Positions 21,510 to 31,041 of a DNA stretch of 64,000 nt are shown in pieces; positions within the stretch are counted from its first letter, which is position 1, and each line of letters opens with the position of its first letter. The translations under genes and the position numbers were made by a program. Origin of the DNA: an uncultured Gammaproteobacteria bacterium. Lineage in GTDB: Bacteria; Patescibacteriota; Patescibacteriia; SG8-24. The notes beneath the pieces were generated by a model. It did no database searches, was not told where the DNA came from, and saw only the letters and a list, made by a program, of their open reading frames with translations. The stretch is taken from NCBI GenBank assembly GCA_964486995.1, contig CAZAOV010000001.1:15697-79696 (forward strand). Direction: 5' to 3'.

Positions 21510-21606
21510 GTTGGGGGGTGCTCTGTGTGGGTTTCCGGTGCCCCTTTCCAACTTCCTTGGTTAATAAAATGGAAAGAGGCTTCCTTCTTGGCGGAAGGGG
21601 TCACGT

Positions 21607-22503
21607 TCAAAACAACGACACTAAAAATAAATAGACACGACACCCAAACAACGACGCCAGTAGCCGTACCCAGGTCCCGAGCATACGCGGCTGCACCAGA
21701 ATCGAGGACACAAACCGCTGGCGGGCCTGACGCATGCCACCCGCATTGATACAAAAGCTGCCCTCATGTCGATACCGCAGCGCCAGCGCCCGACGATGCG
21801 CGTCGTACAAATCACGCTGCTTAGCAATCGTCCTGTCACCGGCGGCGATGATGTCTTGACCAGAGACGTTCCGGGTCAGGCTGTTCGCACTGCGCTCGAA
21901 AGAAAACAGAAACTCATCGAGTACCGCTCCGCGCGCGACGCGCAAAATCCGAATCCATAAATCCCAATCCTCGGAACAGATCATATTTTCATCAAACGAC
22001 CCCACCTTTTTCAAAACACTTGTCTGCACTGCAGTGCCGGTCAAAAAACACGGGTTAGAAGAAAGATAAACATCCGGATTATTAATATCGGCCGGCATGT
22101 ACTCGTCGAACTGATTGGTAATTTGCCGGTCTTTTCCGTGCCCCCAGCCGCACACCAAACCGACATCAGAATCAACGAACGACGACGCGGCCCGCTCTAA
22201 AAGCGCCGGCTCCAACCGATCGTCCGAATCTAAAAACACGACGAATTCGCCGCGAGACAACACGATTCCTTTGTTGCGCGCACCGGCCGCGCCGTGATTT
22301 TTCGAAAGCGCCAGCACCTGAATGCGTTCGTCGCCTGCCGCACATTCTTTCGCCACCTTCAGAGTTTCGTCGGTGGACGCGTCATCAACGATAATCAGCT
22401 CCCAATCGCCGTCGGTCTGCGCTAATACGCTCTGAACCGCATTCCGCAAACAGTCAGCGCGGTTATAGGCCGGCACAATAATGGAAAATTTTGGGTTGGC
22501 CAT
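21607..22503 (-). CDS. Glycosyltransferase family 2 (paralog of 329..1288)
   Basis: MANPKFSIIVPAYN, VDDASTD, FLDSDD, EDWDLW; start set at ATG 22503 because the upstream extension runs through a REP. Confidence 0.9.
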   Translation of the reverse strand: MANPKFSIIVPAYNRADCLRNAVQSVLAQTDGDWELIIVDDASTDETLKVAKECAAGDERIQVLALSKNHGAAGARNKGIVLSRGEFVVFLDSDDRLEPALLERAASSFVDSDVGLVCGWGHGKDRQITNQFDEYMPADINNPDVYLSSNPCFLTGTAVQTSVLKKVGSFDENMICSEDWDLWIRILRVARGAVLDEFLFSFERSANSLTRNVSGQDIIAAGDRTIAKQRDLYDAHRRALALRYRHEGSFCINAGGMRQARQRFVSSILVQPRMLGTWVRLLASLFGCRVYLFLVSLF

Positions 22504-22547
22504 GTGTTCTGATTTAGCAGTGGCTGTGGATGTTTTATTTGATGGCG

Positions 22548-22603
22548 GTAGCTGCGGGGTTTGGCGGCGTGCCTCTAGGGGCAGGGGCAAGCCCTGCGGC
22601 TAC
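22548..22603. repeat. GTAG...CTAC-type REP doublet (relatives at 20885, 23720-23794, 43340, 63812-63883)
   Basis: gtagctgcgggg...gggcaggggcaagccctgcggctac. Confidence 0.7.
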
Positions 22604-22606
22604 GCA

Positions 22607-23590
22607 TTAGGAAAACAATAACCGGTCTGGATTCGGCTGGCCGTCACGGCCATATAAACCAGCCAACCTGAACTCGGCCAAAATTTCGCGACTGCGGCTA
22701 ATCTGTTCGTCGGATAATTCCTGCTGCCACGTCGTTAGCGGCGACCACTTATCTGCCCCGTCAACTACGGTCGTTCTGCTCTTGCTCTGACGCAATCGTT
22801 CCACCGCCTTTGGGTCAATTTTCGCTCGGTCATGACCGATATAATCATAAATCCGACCGAGCTGTTCCAACGGATAACGAACCACATCCTCATAAAACAG
22901 CGCCAGCAACTCATCTGATTTAAACTGCCGCATGAAAACATAGTTCTCAACAGCCCAAAGAACGACCTTGCGATAAAAATCATCGTTCTTGTATTCGGCG
23001 ATGACACGGTCAAACGGCTGCAGCCAATCTTCGACCAGTTCCGGCTGTTCCAGCGTCGCCAATTCCGGTTCGGGCCGAAACCAATCCTTTCGCTTGTATC
23101 GAGACAACGCCACCGCGAGCGGATTACGGACGATGTAAATCAATTTAACGTCAGCCAGCCGATTCATCGCCCAACGTGCCAGCAGCTGCGCGGTGACGTC
23201 TTTGACGAACAAGCCGCGATGCTTGATGAACAAATCGTCATACGCCGATGCGGCCGTTCCCCAGTCCGGCTGACGACCGACCGGCCGGCCGCTGAACACT
23301 CGCTCAAGGAGTTCGGCTAATCTCGGGCTGTCCGCTCCGGGCCGTACATAGTGCTGCCATATCGAACGGTTGGTTTTTGGATTGAACGGTTCGGTAATCT
23401 CACGATACCGACGGTCCCAATTAATGAGCCGCGGCACCCAAGTCGTACCGCTCCGCGCCGACCCGATGAGCCAGACCCGGTCGTGTTTGTAGTTCCCAAG
23501 CGCGTTATTCAGGTGTATCGTGGCCGGCCACAAAACCCGCCGATGGCATTCGGCGAGCGCGCGACCTAGTTTTTGGTGGGAGTACAGCAT
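22607..23590 (-). CDS. PAPS-dependent sulfotransferase (paralog of 1298..2299)
   Basis: GSARSGTTW, VKDVT, RNPLAVALS, FYED. Confidence 0.88.
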   Translation of the reverse strand: MLYSHQKLGRALAECHRRVLWPATIHLNNALGNYKHDRVWLIGSARSGTTWVPRLINWDRRYREITEPFNPKTNRSIWQHYVRPGADSPRLAELLERVFSGRPVGRQPDWGTAASAYDDLFIKHRGLFVKDVTAQLLARWAMNRLADVKLIYIVRNPLAVALSRYKRKDWFRPEPELATLEQPELVEDWLQPFDRVIAEYKNDDFYRKVVLWAVENYVFMRQFKSDELLALFYEDVVRYPLEQLGRIYDYIGHDRAKIDPKAVERLRQSKSRTTVVDGADKWSPLTTWQQELSDEQISRSREILAEFRLAGLYGRDGQPNPDRLLFS

Positions 23591-23803
23591 GGGGGTAGGT
23601 TAATATATGTTTTAAGTAATTACTAGATTATCGACTGATGATGTCCCGGCACCACCGCGCTCGCATAAAAACTGTCAGACTTATTTTAGGAGAGGGGGCG
23701 ATGGGGCGTTAATAAAGCGGTAGCGACAGAGCTTGTCTCTGCCCATGAAGCACTCGCCTGTCTGAACGGGCAGAGGCGAGCTTTGCCGCCTCACAAATCT
23801 AGA

Positions 23804-23832
23804 TTGACAATTAAGATTGGAAATACTAACCT
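23804..23832 (+). promoter_or_regulatory. Sigma70-like promoter TTGACA-17-TAACCT
   Basis: Exact -35 element, 17-bp spacer, AGGAG RBS before ATG 23864. Confidence 0.6.
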
Positions 23833-23863
23833 AAACTGCCGCTTATTTTCAAGGAGAGCCGAG

Positions 23864-24358
23864 ATGAAAACCTATCGCGAAATCGTCGAGACTGTAGCCG
23901 CCGCACTGCTTGGTCGCCTGTTGGATCCGCGGAGATATAATGTCGCCACTCCACAGTCCAGCCCGTGCGAACTTCGTCGCATGGGTCCGAATCCGAATCC
24001 GCTTATCGAATGTGAGGACAATGTCGTCCGATTGCTGTGTGCGGTACTGCTGAATCTCTCCGGAGGCGCCGGCTCGTACACGCACTGGAACGCGGTGTCG
24101 TATCGCTGGCTGCGGTATTCGATGCTGACCCTGCTCGGTGATGGCGGCCGTCGCGGTCGCACGCTGCTCGGTGGATTCGTCACCAAGTGCATCAACTTGG
24201 ACGCCCTGCCGCTCGACAAGCCAAGAGACGGCGGGCGTGGCGATTTCCACTGGGCGCTGGGGCAACTATTGGCGCTGCGCGCGGTCGAAATAATTGAGCA
24301 TGAGGGCGAGGACTATATCTGCCCGACGAGTCGTATCTTGCGGTTCGTGGCGGAGTGA
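23864..24358 (+). CDS. Hypothetical protein
   Basis: AAGGAG RBS, GC-rich codon usage, likely co-transcribed with the radical SAM gene. Confidence 0.65.
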   Translation: MKTYREIVETVAAALLGRLLDPRRYNVATPQSSPCELRRMGPNPNPLIECEDNVVRLLCAVLLNLSGGAGSYTHWNAVSYRWLRYSMLTLLGDGGRRGRTLLGGFVTKCINLDALPLDKPRDGGRGDFHWALGQLLALRAVEIIEHEGEDYICPTSRILRFVAE

Positions 24359-24376
24359 TTTTCTGGAGGAGGATTC

Positions 24377-25306
24377 ATGTCTGTACAATGCATGAGCCTG
24401 GTGATCGGCACGCGCAAGTGTAACGCGCGGTGTCCGTTCTGCGTTTCGCAACAGACCGGTTTTGATAAAATCAGTCGCGGTCGCGAACGCAATATCAATT
24501 TCATCAATCTGGAAGAGGCGTGTGTGATGTGCGGGACTGCAAGTCCGCCCACGCTGCTCATGACCGGAAAGGGCGAGCCCACGCTGTACCCGGACGAAAT
24601 TACGCGATATCTGGAGTGGTTTCGGGAGAAGCCGTTTGCGCCCAAAGAGTTGCAGACCAACGCGCTGGCTATTGGCCGGCTGGCCGAGACTGGTCAAAGC
24701 GGCGTCGACGGGCTGGACGAGGAGACTCTTCGGCACTGGCGGTCGCTGCGGCTCGGTGTGGTGGCACTTTCTACGGTTGGGATTCATGACGCGGCCAACG
24801 CGGCGGTGTATCACCCTGATTATCCGTCGCTCGTGGATACCATCGCGTACCTGCGCGGGTTCGGGTTTACAGTTCGGTTGTGTGTGATGATGATGCGCGG
24901 CGAGGGCTGTGTGGCTGATATCGACGGTTTGGAGGAAGTGGTCGAGTTCTGCCGCGCGCATGACGTGGGTCAGCTCACCGCCCGGCCGATTACCGCGGCC
25001 GACAACGGTGGCGAGTCACGAGCCGCACGGTTCGTACGCGAACACGGTGTGTCGCCCGATGCGCCGCGGGAGCTGTACGAAGCGGTCGAAGCGCGCGCCC
25101 AGGCGCTGTATCCCCTGGCGCACGGCGCGATGGTGTTCGACTGGAACGGTCAAAATGTTTGCTTGTCGAACTGCCTGACCTCGGACATGCAGTCCGCCCC
25201 CGGCGACCACCGCTCGCTGATTTTCTTCAGCAACGGCATGATCACCACCAGCTGGGACCACGCCGAGGCCGCTGCACTGCTGCAGGGCGATCCTAATTAC
25301 GGCTAA
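24377..25306 (+). CDS. Radical SAM protein of unknown substrate
   Basis: CNARCPFC (CX3CX2C), TGKGEPTL, ELQTN; GGAGGAGG RBS. Confidence 0.9.
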   Translation: MSVQCMSLVIGTRKCNARCPFCVSQQTGFDKISRGRERNINFINLEEACVMCGTASPPTLLMTGKGEPTLYPDEITRYLEWFREKPFAPKELQTNALAIGRLAETGQSGVDGLDEETLRHWRSLRLGVVALSTVGIHDAANAAVYHPDYPSLVDTIAYLRGFGFTVRLCVMMMRGEGCVADIDGLEEVVEFCRAHDVGQLTARPITAADNGGESRAARFVREHGVSPDAPRELYEAVEARAQALYPLAHGAMVFDWNGQNVCLSNCLTSDMQSAPGDHRSLIFFSNGMITTSWDHAEAAALLQGDPNYG

Positions 25307-25341
25307 TTCTTTAATCGTGGCTAATTTCAGCCACGATTTTT

Positions 25342-25382
25342 TTATCCACAAAATAGGTGCCTGGCACCTATTTTGTGGATAA
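25342..25382. repeat. Perfect 41-bp palindromic REP (GGTGCC-T-GGCACC core) with TTATCCACA at both ends
   Basis: ttatccacaaaataggtgcc t ggcacctattttgtggataa. Confidence 0.9.
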
Positions 25383-25428
25383 TTTAATATGACAGGTCGT
25401 TGGTAATGCACATTATAAAGAGGGTGGT

Positions 25429-26580
25429 ATGCAAATAATTTACGCAGCGCGGGACGCGCCAGAAACAATTACCAAGTCCATCTTTCTCGCCGGGCCGAGC
25501 CCACGAAAAGACGGGCAATACAACTGGCGACCGGATGCAATCAAAATCCTGGAGCAGCTGGGTTTTGATGGCACCGTGTTCATTCCGCTACCCGAAGACG
25601 GCGGCTGGCCACATTCGTACGACGAACAGGTCAACTGGGAAACGCGTCATCTGAATATGGCCGATGTGGTGGTGTTCTGGGTGCCGCGCGACCTTACAGA
25701 TCTGCCGGCCTTCACCACGAACGTGGAGTTCGGCATGTGGTACGACACCGGCAAAGCGGTGCTCGGGTACCCGCCGGACGCCAAAAAGATGAAATACCTC
25801 GACCATCACGCGCGTCGTGTCGGCACTCCGGTATGCGATACGCTCGAAATCACGCTACAGACTGCGGTGGACATGCTCGGGGATGGCGCTGCCCGCACAG
25901 ATGGCGAGCGTTTCGTGCCGCTGCACATCTGGCGGACTCCTCAGTTCCAGCAGTGGTACGCCGCGCAGACCACGGCTGGCAACCGACTCGACGGTGCGGA
26001 AGTGGTTTGGTCGTTTCGGCTGCAGCAAACCGGCAACGTTTTATTCTGGGCACTGCACGTGGACGTTCATATCGCCATTGAAAGTCGCAACAAGACTATC
26101 GAAATCGTTTTGTCGCGACCTGACCTGTCGGTCGTGGTGGCATACTACGACGACGAGGACACCGGCGACACCAAGGTGGTGTTGGTGCGCGAGTTCCGTT
26201 CGCCCGCTTCAACTAAGGATGGTTTCGTGCTGGAACTGCCGGGCGGTTCTAGCAAGAATCCAGAAAAAACACCGGCCGAGATAGCCATCGACGAATTCCA
26301 CGAAGAAACCGGCCTGAAGCTCGACCCAAAATATCTGACACCAGTCGAATCGCGCCAGCTTGCCGCTACCTTGTCGGCGCACCGCGCTCACGTGTTCACC
26401 TACCAACTGGACGACGATGAGTACCAGGCGCTACTCGAACAGACCAACCAAACACACGGTGAGTCGGACGATACCGAACTGACTTACCTAGAAATCCATT
26501 CGCTCGACGACATCCTCTACGGAGATGAAATCGAGCTGGACTGGTCCAATCTAGGAATGCTTTATCTGGCGATCGGCTAA
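25429..26580 (+). CDS. Nucleoside 2-deoxyribosyltransferase-like domain fused to a Nudix hydrolase
   Basis: N-terminal SIFLAGP..WR..WE..ADVVVFWVPR..TTNVEFG; C-terminal LVREFRSP..LELPGG..AIDEFHEETG Nudix box. Confidence 0.85.
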   Translation: MQIIYAARDAPETITKSIFLAGPSPRKDGQYNWRPDAIKILEQLGFDGTVFIPLPEDGGWPHSYDEQVNWETRHLNMADVVVFWVPRDLTDLPAFTTNVEFGMWYDTGKAVLGYPPDAKKMKYLDHHARRVGTPVCDTLEITLQTAVDMLGDGAARTDGERFVPLHIWRTPQFQQWYAAQTTAGNRLDGAEVVWSFRLQQTGNVLFWALHVDVHIAIESRNKTIEIVLSRPDLSVVVAYYDDEDTGDTKVVLVREFRSPASTKDGFVLELPGGSSKNPEKTPAEIAIDEFHEETGLKLDPKYLTPVESRQLAATLSAHRAHVFTYQLDDDEYQALLEQTNQTHGESDDTELTYLEIHSLDDILYGDEIELDWSNLGMLYLAIG

Positions 26581-26675
26581 GATAATATAAGAAGCCGCCT
26601 CTTTAACGAGGCGGTCTTATTATTGACAAATCAATATAATCGACATAAGGTGCACGGCTCAGCAAGGAGGAACAC

Positions 26676-26984
26676 ATGGACAGAGAAGGCTGGGGCTTGA
26701 TTGGTTTGGTTCTTGGCACACTTTTCATCATCGCGGTCATCGCGTTCAGCTGTCTGCGTGGATTTGCGGTGGAGCCGCAAACCGCCATCGAAGCCGCCGA
26801 GACCATAGGATTCACCGATGTCACGGTGACCGACGAGAACTACATGTGTATGGCGTGGCAGGGCTGCGACCGCAACGACGCCGTTGGATTCGAAATGACT
26901 GCCACCAACGCCCAAGGTGAGCGCGTCGATATCATGGTCTGCTGCGGCTGGCCGTTCAAGGGGTGCACCATCCGCACCAACTAA
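26676..26984 (+). CDS. Small membrane-anchored Cys-rich protein
   Basis: AAGGAGG RBS, N-terminal TM helix, VCCGWPFKGCTIR; TTGACA at 26623. Confidence 0.75.
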   Translation: MDREGWGLIGLVLGTLFIIAVIAFSCLRGFAVEPQTAIEAAETIGFTDVTVTDENYMCMAWQGCDRNDAVGFEMTATNAQGERVDIMVCCGWPFKGCTIRTN

Positions 26985-26998
26985 CTCCCGAGAGCTGC

Positions 26999-27616
26999 TT
27001 ACTTTATCCCCAGAATAGGTGCCTGGCACCTATTCTGGGGATAATTTTTTTCCTTCAAAATTTGGCGGCCAATTTCTATATGTTCAATATAATTTTGCAT
27101 CGCTTCATCCTCATTGTTTCCAAAATGACTCAATATCCAAAACCGATCGAGAAAACCTGGTTCCGGATCAAGTCCAACAATCTCTCTATATGACCCCCAA
27201 GGCCAATCAACCGAATGCTCAACAAAACCGTCTTTCACCGGATTCAGGGCGATATACCGACACACCTCTAAAAAATATCTTTCACTGTCTATGATTTTGC
27301 TATCGTATCTCCGCTGATACACCCTGCCCAAAAAGCCGTATTTCTCATTAAAATATTTTGCATAATCGCCGTTAAGCTTTTGCATACCAATGGACAAATT
27401 GCCTTTAGGCACGTAAAGACCCAAATGATTGTGGTTTCTCATTTGGCAATGCGAAAAACTTTTCCAGTCACAGCCTTCGCACACATCAGCTAGTATCGTA
27501 TTGAAAACGATTCTATCCTGATTATCTAAATAAATATCCCCCTTGCGGTTGCCACGGGTAGTTACATGCACCAACATGCCCTCAAATTGTATTCGCGGTT
27601 TTCTAGGCATCGCCAT
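26999..27616 (-). mobile_element. REP-associated tyrosine transposase (RAYT, Y1 HUH)
   Basis: MPRKPRI...HVTTRGN, MRNHNHL (HUH), YIALNPVK, WPWGSY; flanked by palindromic REPs. Confidence 0.9.
27004..27044. repeat. Perfect palindromic REP overlapping the RAYT 3' end
   Basis: ttatccccagaataggtgcc t ggcacctattctggggataa. Confidence 0.9.
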
Positions 27617-27652
27617 TCCTTTACCCCACAGCGATGAAACCGTAAATAGTAC

Positions 27653-27692
27653 TTATCCACAAATTGGTGCCTGGCACCTATTCTGGGGATAA
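27653..27692. repeat. Imperfect palindromic REP upstream of the RAYT gene
   Basis: ttatccacaaattggtgcctggcacctattctggggataa. Confidence 0.88.
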
Positions 27693-27739
27693 AATAATTA
27701 AAAAAGACCGGAGCTGTCCGATCTTTTTACTTCTTCTAA

Positions 27740-27949
27740 TTAATCAAACTTCTCCGAGCCGCACCTCTTAGAAACCTCTCCGCGCAACACCTCAATATGC
27801 CGCTTTTCGTCTTCCAAAATATCGCGTAACGCCGCTGCGCTCTCGCAACCTTCGGCCTCGGCGTCTTTTACGTAGTAATTCTCCAGCCGCCACGCATTAT
27901 CCATCTTAGACAGCATCATCTTCACCAAATTGTAGTTAACATTACGCAT
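27740..27949 (-). CDS. Small ferritin-like (EDEKRH) protein
   Basis: YYVKDA..C..ILEDEKRHIEVL ExxH motif. Confidence 0.7.
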   Translation of the reverse strand: MRNVNYNLVKMMLSKMDNAWRLENYYVKDAEAEGCESAAALRDILEDEKRHIEVLRGEVSKRCGSEKFD

Positions 27950-27969
27950 ACATGAACGGCTTAATCCAA

Positions 27970-28914
27970 TTACGGCTCAATCCTAGCATTTTTCTCCAGC
28001 TCTGTCAGGATAGCTTCCTTGTGTTCTTCGGCATACGGACCGACAAACAAAATCTCGGTCTCTTCAACCTCGCCGGTAAACAACTGCCACGTCACGCGAC
28101 TGAACACCGAATTCATCACCTGCCAGCCGTCGGCCGTGCGAATCAGACCCTTGGCACGCCAAATGTCGCGCGTGTTCATCATCTCCAGCACGGCCTGAAC
28201 CTTGGCTGGATCAAATACACCGTCCGCCGAATGAAAACTGAACGCCTGCATGTGCAGATGTTCGGCATGCTCCAGACCCTCCCCGATTTCATCCGCGGTT
28301 AGCCGCCGCACTGCCGACCCTTCGTCCAAGCCAATCACTGCCTCGACCGGAATCGAACCGTCATTGGTTTTGATGTTGGGCATGTTAGGATAATACTCGA
28401 AAACCAAATCCAATACGTCATCGAGCCGCCGGTCGTCAACCAGGCCAATCTTATTGATTACCGCGAAATCCACGTACTTGGTGTAAGACTGCCGCACTAT
28501 CGGCGGTTCCTCGAATCCACCGAAATTCACCGCGTCAATAACTTCGACCACGCTATCGATAATGATATTGTCGAATCGCTTCAGCTCCATCACGATTGGC
28601 GCTGGATGTGCCGTGCCAGCCGTTTCAATAATCACACGGTCCGGTTTCATCTCCAGAATCTTCTCCATCGCAACTTCTAGCGCACCTATAGCCGTACAGC
28701 ACAGGCAGCCGTTCATGATTTCCTCGGTCTCGATACTCGCTTCGCGCGCCAGCCGGCTGTCGACGTTCACGTCACCATACTCGTTCTTCAGCCAAATCAC
28801 CTGGTAGTCCTCGCTGGCGATTTGCTTGACTAGGCTCATGATGACGGTCGTCTTACCCGAACCTAGCTCCCCCATCACGATGTTGACTGGTGTTTTTCCG
28901 TTTTTCTGTGCCAT
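27970..28914 (-). CDS. CobW/COG0523 G3E GTPase metallochaperone
   Basis: GELGSGKTT, NEYG, GCLCC, IETAG, WRAKG. Confidence 0.92.
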   Translation of the reverse strand: MAQKNGKTPVNIVMGELGSGKTTVIMSLVKQIASEDYQVIWLKNEYGDVNVDSRLAREASIETEEIMNGCLCCTAIGALEVAMEKILEMKPDRVIIETAGTAHPAPIVMELKRFDNIIIDSVVEVIDAVNFGGFEEPPIVRQSYTKYVDFAVINKIGLVDDRRLDDVLDLVFEYYPNMPNIKTNDGSIPVEAVIGLDEGSAVRRLTADEIGEGLEHAEHLHMQAFSFHSADGVFDPAKVQAVLEMMNTRDIWRAKGLIRTADGWQVMNSVFSRVTWQLFTGEVEETEILFVGPYAEEHKEAILTELEKNARIEP

Positions 28915-29007
28915 ATGAGTTGAATATTAGTATCAAATAGTACCTGTCGAAAGGTGGTTTGTACAGGATGATTTCGACTCCGAGCGCATACCCCAACGCC
29001 CAACAAA

Positions 29008-30897
29008 TCACTCGCCAAGCGGGTTGTAACCACCCGAAACCTCTTCTCCGTCCAGATACCCATCGCCGTCTGAATCCGGATTGTTCGGGTCGGTGCCCAA
29101 TTCAACTTCCCGCAAATCCGAAAGACCGTCCTCGTCGGTATCCAACTTATCTGCCGGCACCGCATCAGCCGGTCGTTTCGCGCCCGGATCAACGGCCGGA
29201 TTATCGATTCCCTCCAGCGACACCTCTTGCGACGTGGCCGTATTGGTGCCCTGCGCGAAATCATAACGATCGATGAACGAACTGACCTGCGGCACCCGCA
29301 TCTGGTACTCAAGACGATACTCGCCCAACTCTTCGTCGAGCGAATACCCGAACGACTTACCGGTATAGAGATCATTTGGAATATTCACTACAACGCGAGT
29401 GAACTCATCCGGATTTTCGAACGCGAATGGCGACATAATTTCCAAACCAAGCAATGCATTGAGAGAGGAAGGGTGCCGTCCGTTAATTTCATGATAGTAA
29501 TCCAAGGCATAGCGCAGGTCGCCGATAATACCGGCCTGGTCACGCATCATCTGGTCCTCTTCGGTCCGGCCGCTGGCGGCTTGTATGGCCTGGCCCCAGA
29601 GCAGATATTCTTCTGGCGCCTCCACCTTCACCGGCTGGTTGATATCCTGAAAGGTTAGCTCGGACATGACATCAATCTGCTTCTCATCGAGTGGCGGCAG
29701 CTCGCCCGGTTCGGTCGCCACCGACATCGACATCACGTAAGCGATGGGCAAGTAAGACTCGCGGTCCACGTATAGGTCCGAACGCACGGCATCGAGAATC
29801 TCTCCGATTTGTTCCGCATCAACGCTAAGATTATCGACCAAAGTAGTCCACCGATCTTTCAGAATGTAGAATCGTTCGACTTTCGGGAACAGCTGTTCGC
29901 GCTGATCGTACATGTCGTTCTGAATCAGAGTCAGGCCATCCGGGTCAACCGCCAGCCGAAACAACCATGCTTCACGCCCGAGCGGGTCGCTCGTTCGTTC
30001 TGGTTTGCCGGAAGTCATTACTCCCCTGGCCACCGCCCGCTTAAGCAGTAACTCGATTTCGGCCAGTGGATCCATGCGCCCACTTAAAAACTCATCCGCT
30101 TCCCCATTGCCGTTCAGCTCGTTCTTGTATTTGAACACTTCGATATCCGGCTGATCCGACTCTTCATCTGCACTGCTGGCTTTTATCCAGTTATTTTTTA
30201 GCGGTCCAAGAAAGGTGGAAATTATCGGCGGGATGGTGTCAGCACGCAAATAGACATCTTCATCAACCAACAGCGCCCGACCGGCAATTTCTGCACTTAA
30301 CCCCTCGGTTTCAAAACTGCCGCTCAGTGTTATCTCGCCTTGCGGGGAATCCATGTTGCGGGTCACATCCATGGACAGACTGAAGTCCGCATACAGATCG
30401 GACGGAACCGCACCAAGCGGATTCAGCGACTCTATTTTCTCCATCTGATTTTCCGCGTCATCCGACACAAAGGATAGGATCTTGGTATCTGGTTGGCGTT
30501 CAGTCGTCTTTAGACTAAACCTAGAACCAATCCGAGCCGTTTCTATCTGGTTCAGATTATTAAACGCGTCATTCAGTGTCGGCCGCGGAAAAAGAAGCGG
30601 CAGATTGATATAACCGCGATAGGCGGCAATAATCATGCCGCCAACAATCACCAGCAGCAGTACAGCAACAATCGCGACGATGAGCCCTAAACCGCGTTTC
30701 TTCTTGCCCGTCTGCCCTTTCATGTGTTCTCTGCTGGCAGCTAACACCGAACCGCCAGCCGGTGATGCCGGCGGAATTGTCTCATCAAAAGTCGGCGAAG
30801 CTTCGCCGGTCGGAATTGGCGAAGATGACGGCGTCGGCTGTGTTGCCGGCTCATCGCCCTCCGGCGGAAGAATATTGTCTAGCTGTGTGTCGTCCAT
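29008..30897 (-). CDS. Membrane-anchored surface protein with a pilin/T2SS-G-like segment and C-terminal Ca-binding DxDxDG repeats
   Basis: Single TM helix; ALDYYHEINGRHPSSL; DTDEDGLSD..GTDPNNPDSDGDGYLDGEE. Confidence 0.8.
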   Translation of the reverse strand: MDDTQLDNILPPEGDEPATQPTPSSSPIPTGEASPTFDETIPPASPAGGSVLAASREHMKGQTGKKKRGLGLIVAIVAVLLLVIVGGMIIAAYRGYINLPLLFPRPTLNDAFNNLNQIETARIGSRFSLKTTERQPDTKILSFVSDDAENQMEKIESLNPLGAVPSDLYADFSLSMDVTRNMDSPQGEITLSGSFETEGLSAEIAGRALLVDEDVYLRADTIPPIISTFLGPLKNNWIKASSADEESDQPDIEVFKYKNELNGNGEADEFLSGRMDPLAEIELLLKRAVARGVMTSGKPERTSDPLGREAWLFRLAVDPDGLTLIQNDMYDQREQLFPKVERFYILKDRWTTLVDNLSVDAEQIGEILDAVRSDLYVDRESYLPIAYVMSMSVATEPGELPPLDEKQIDVMSELTFQDINQPVKVEAPEEYLLWGQAIQAASGRTEEDQMMRDQAGIIGDLRYALDYYHEINGRHPSSLNALLGLEIMSPFAFENPDEFTRVVVNIPNDLYTGKSFGYSLDEELGEYRLEYQMRVPQVSSFIDRYDFAQGTNTATSQEVSLEGIDNPAVDPGAKRPADAVPADKLDTDEDGLSDLREVELGTDPNNPDSDGDGYLDGEEVSGGYNPLGE

Positions 30898-31041
30898 AAT
30901 ATATAGTAGGTATGTTTGGTGTTATTTTACGTGTTATTAACTTAATCGCCAATTTAATTTGATAACACCCGCTTCTTCGGCTCCACTGCGGGGATGGGGT
31001 CTTGGCTCCAGGCGCGCACCCCAATAAACAAAAAAGAGACC

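Noticed and set aside
23864-26984. Prophage
   Set aside because: There are no structural, terminase or integrase genes; only isolated phage-like genes.
25342-27692. Replication origin suggested by DnaA boxes
   Set aside because: The boxes occur within REP palindromes, with no dnaA/dnaN and no clear unwinding element nearby.
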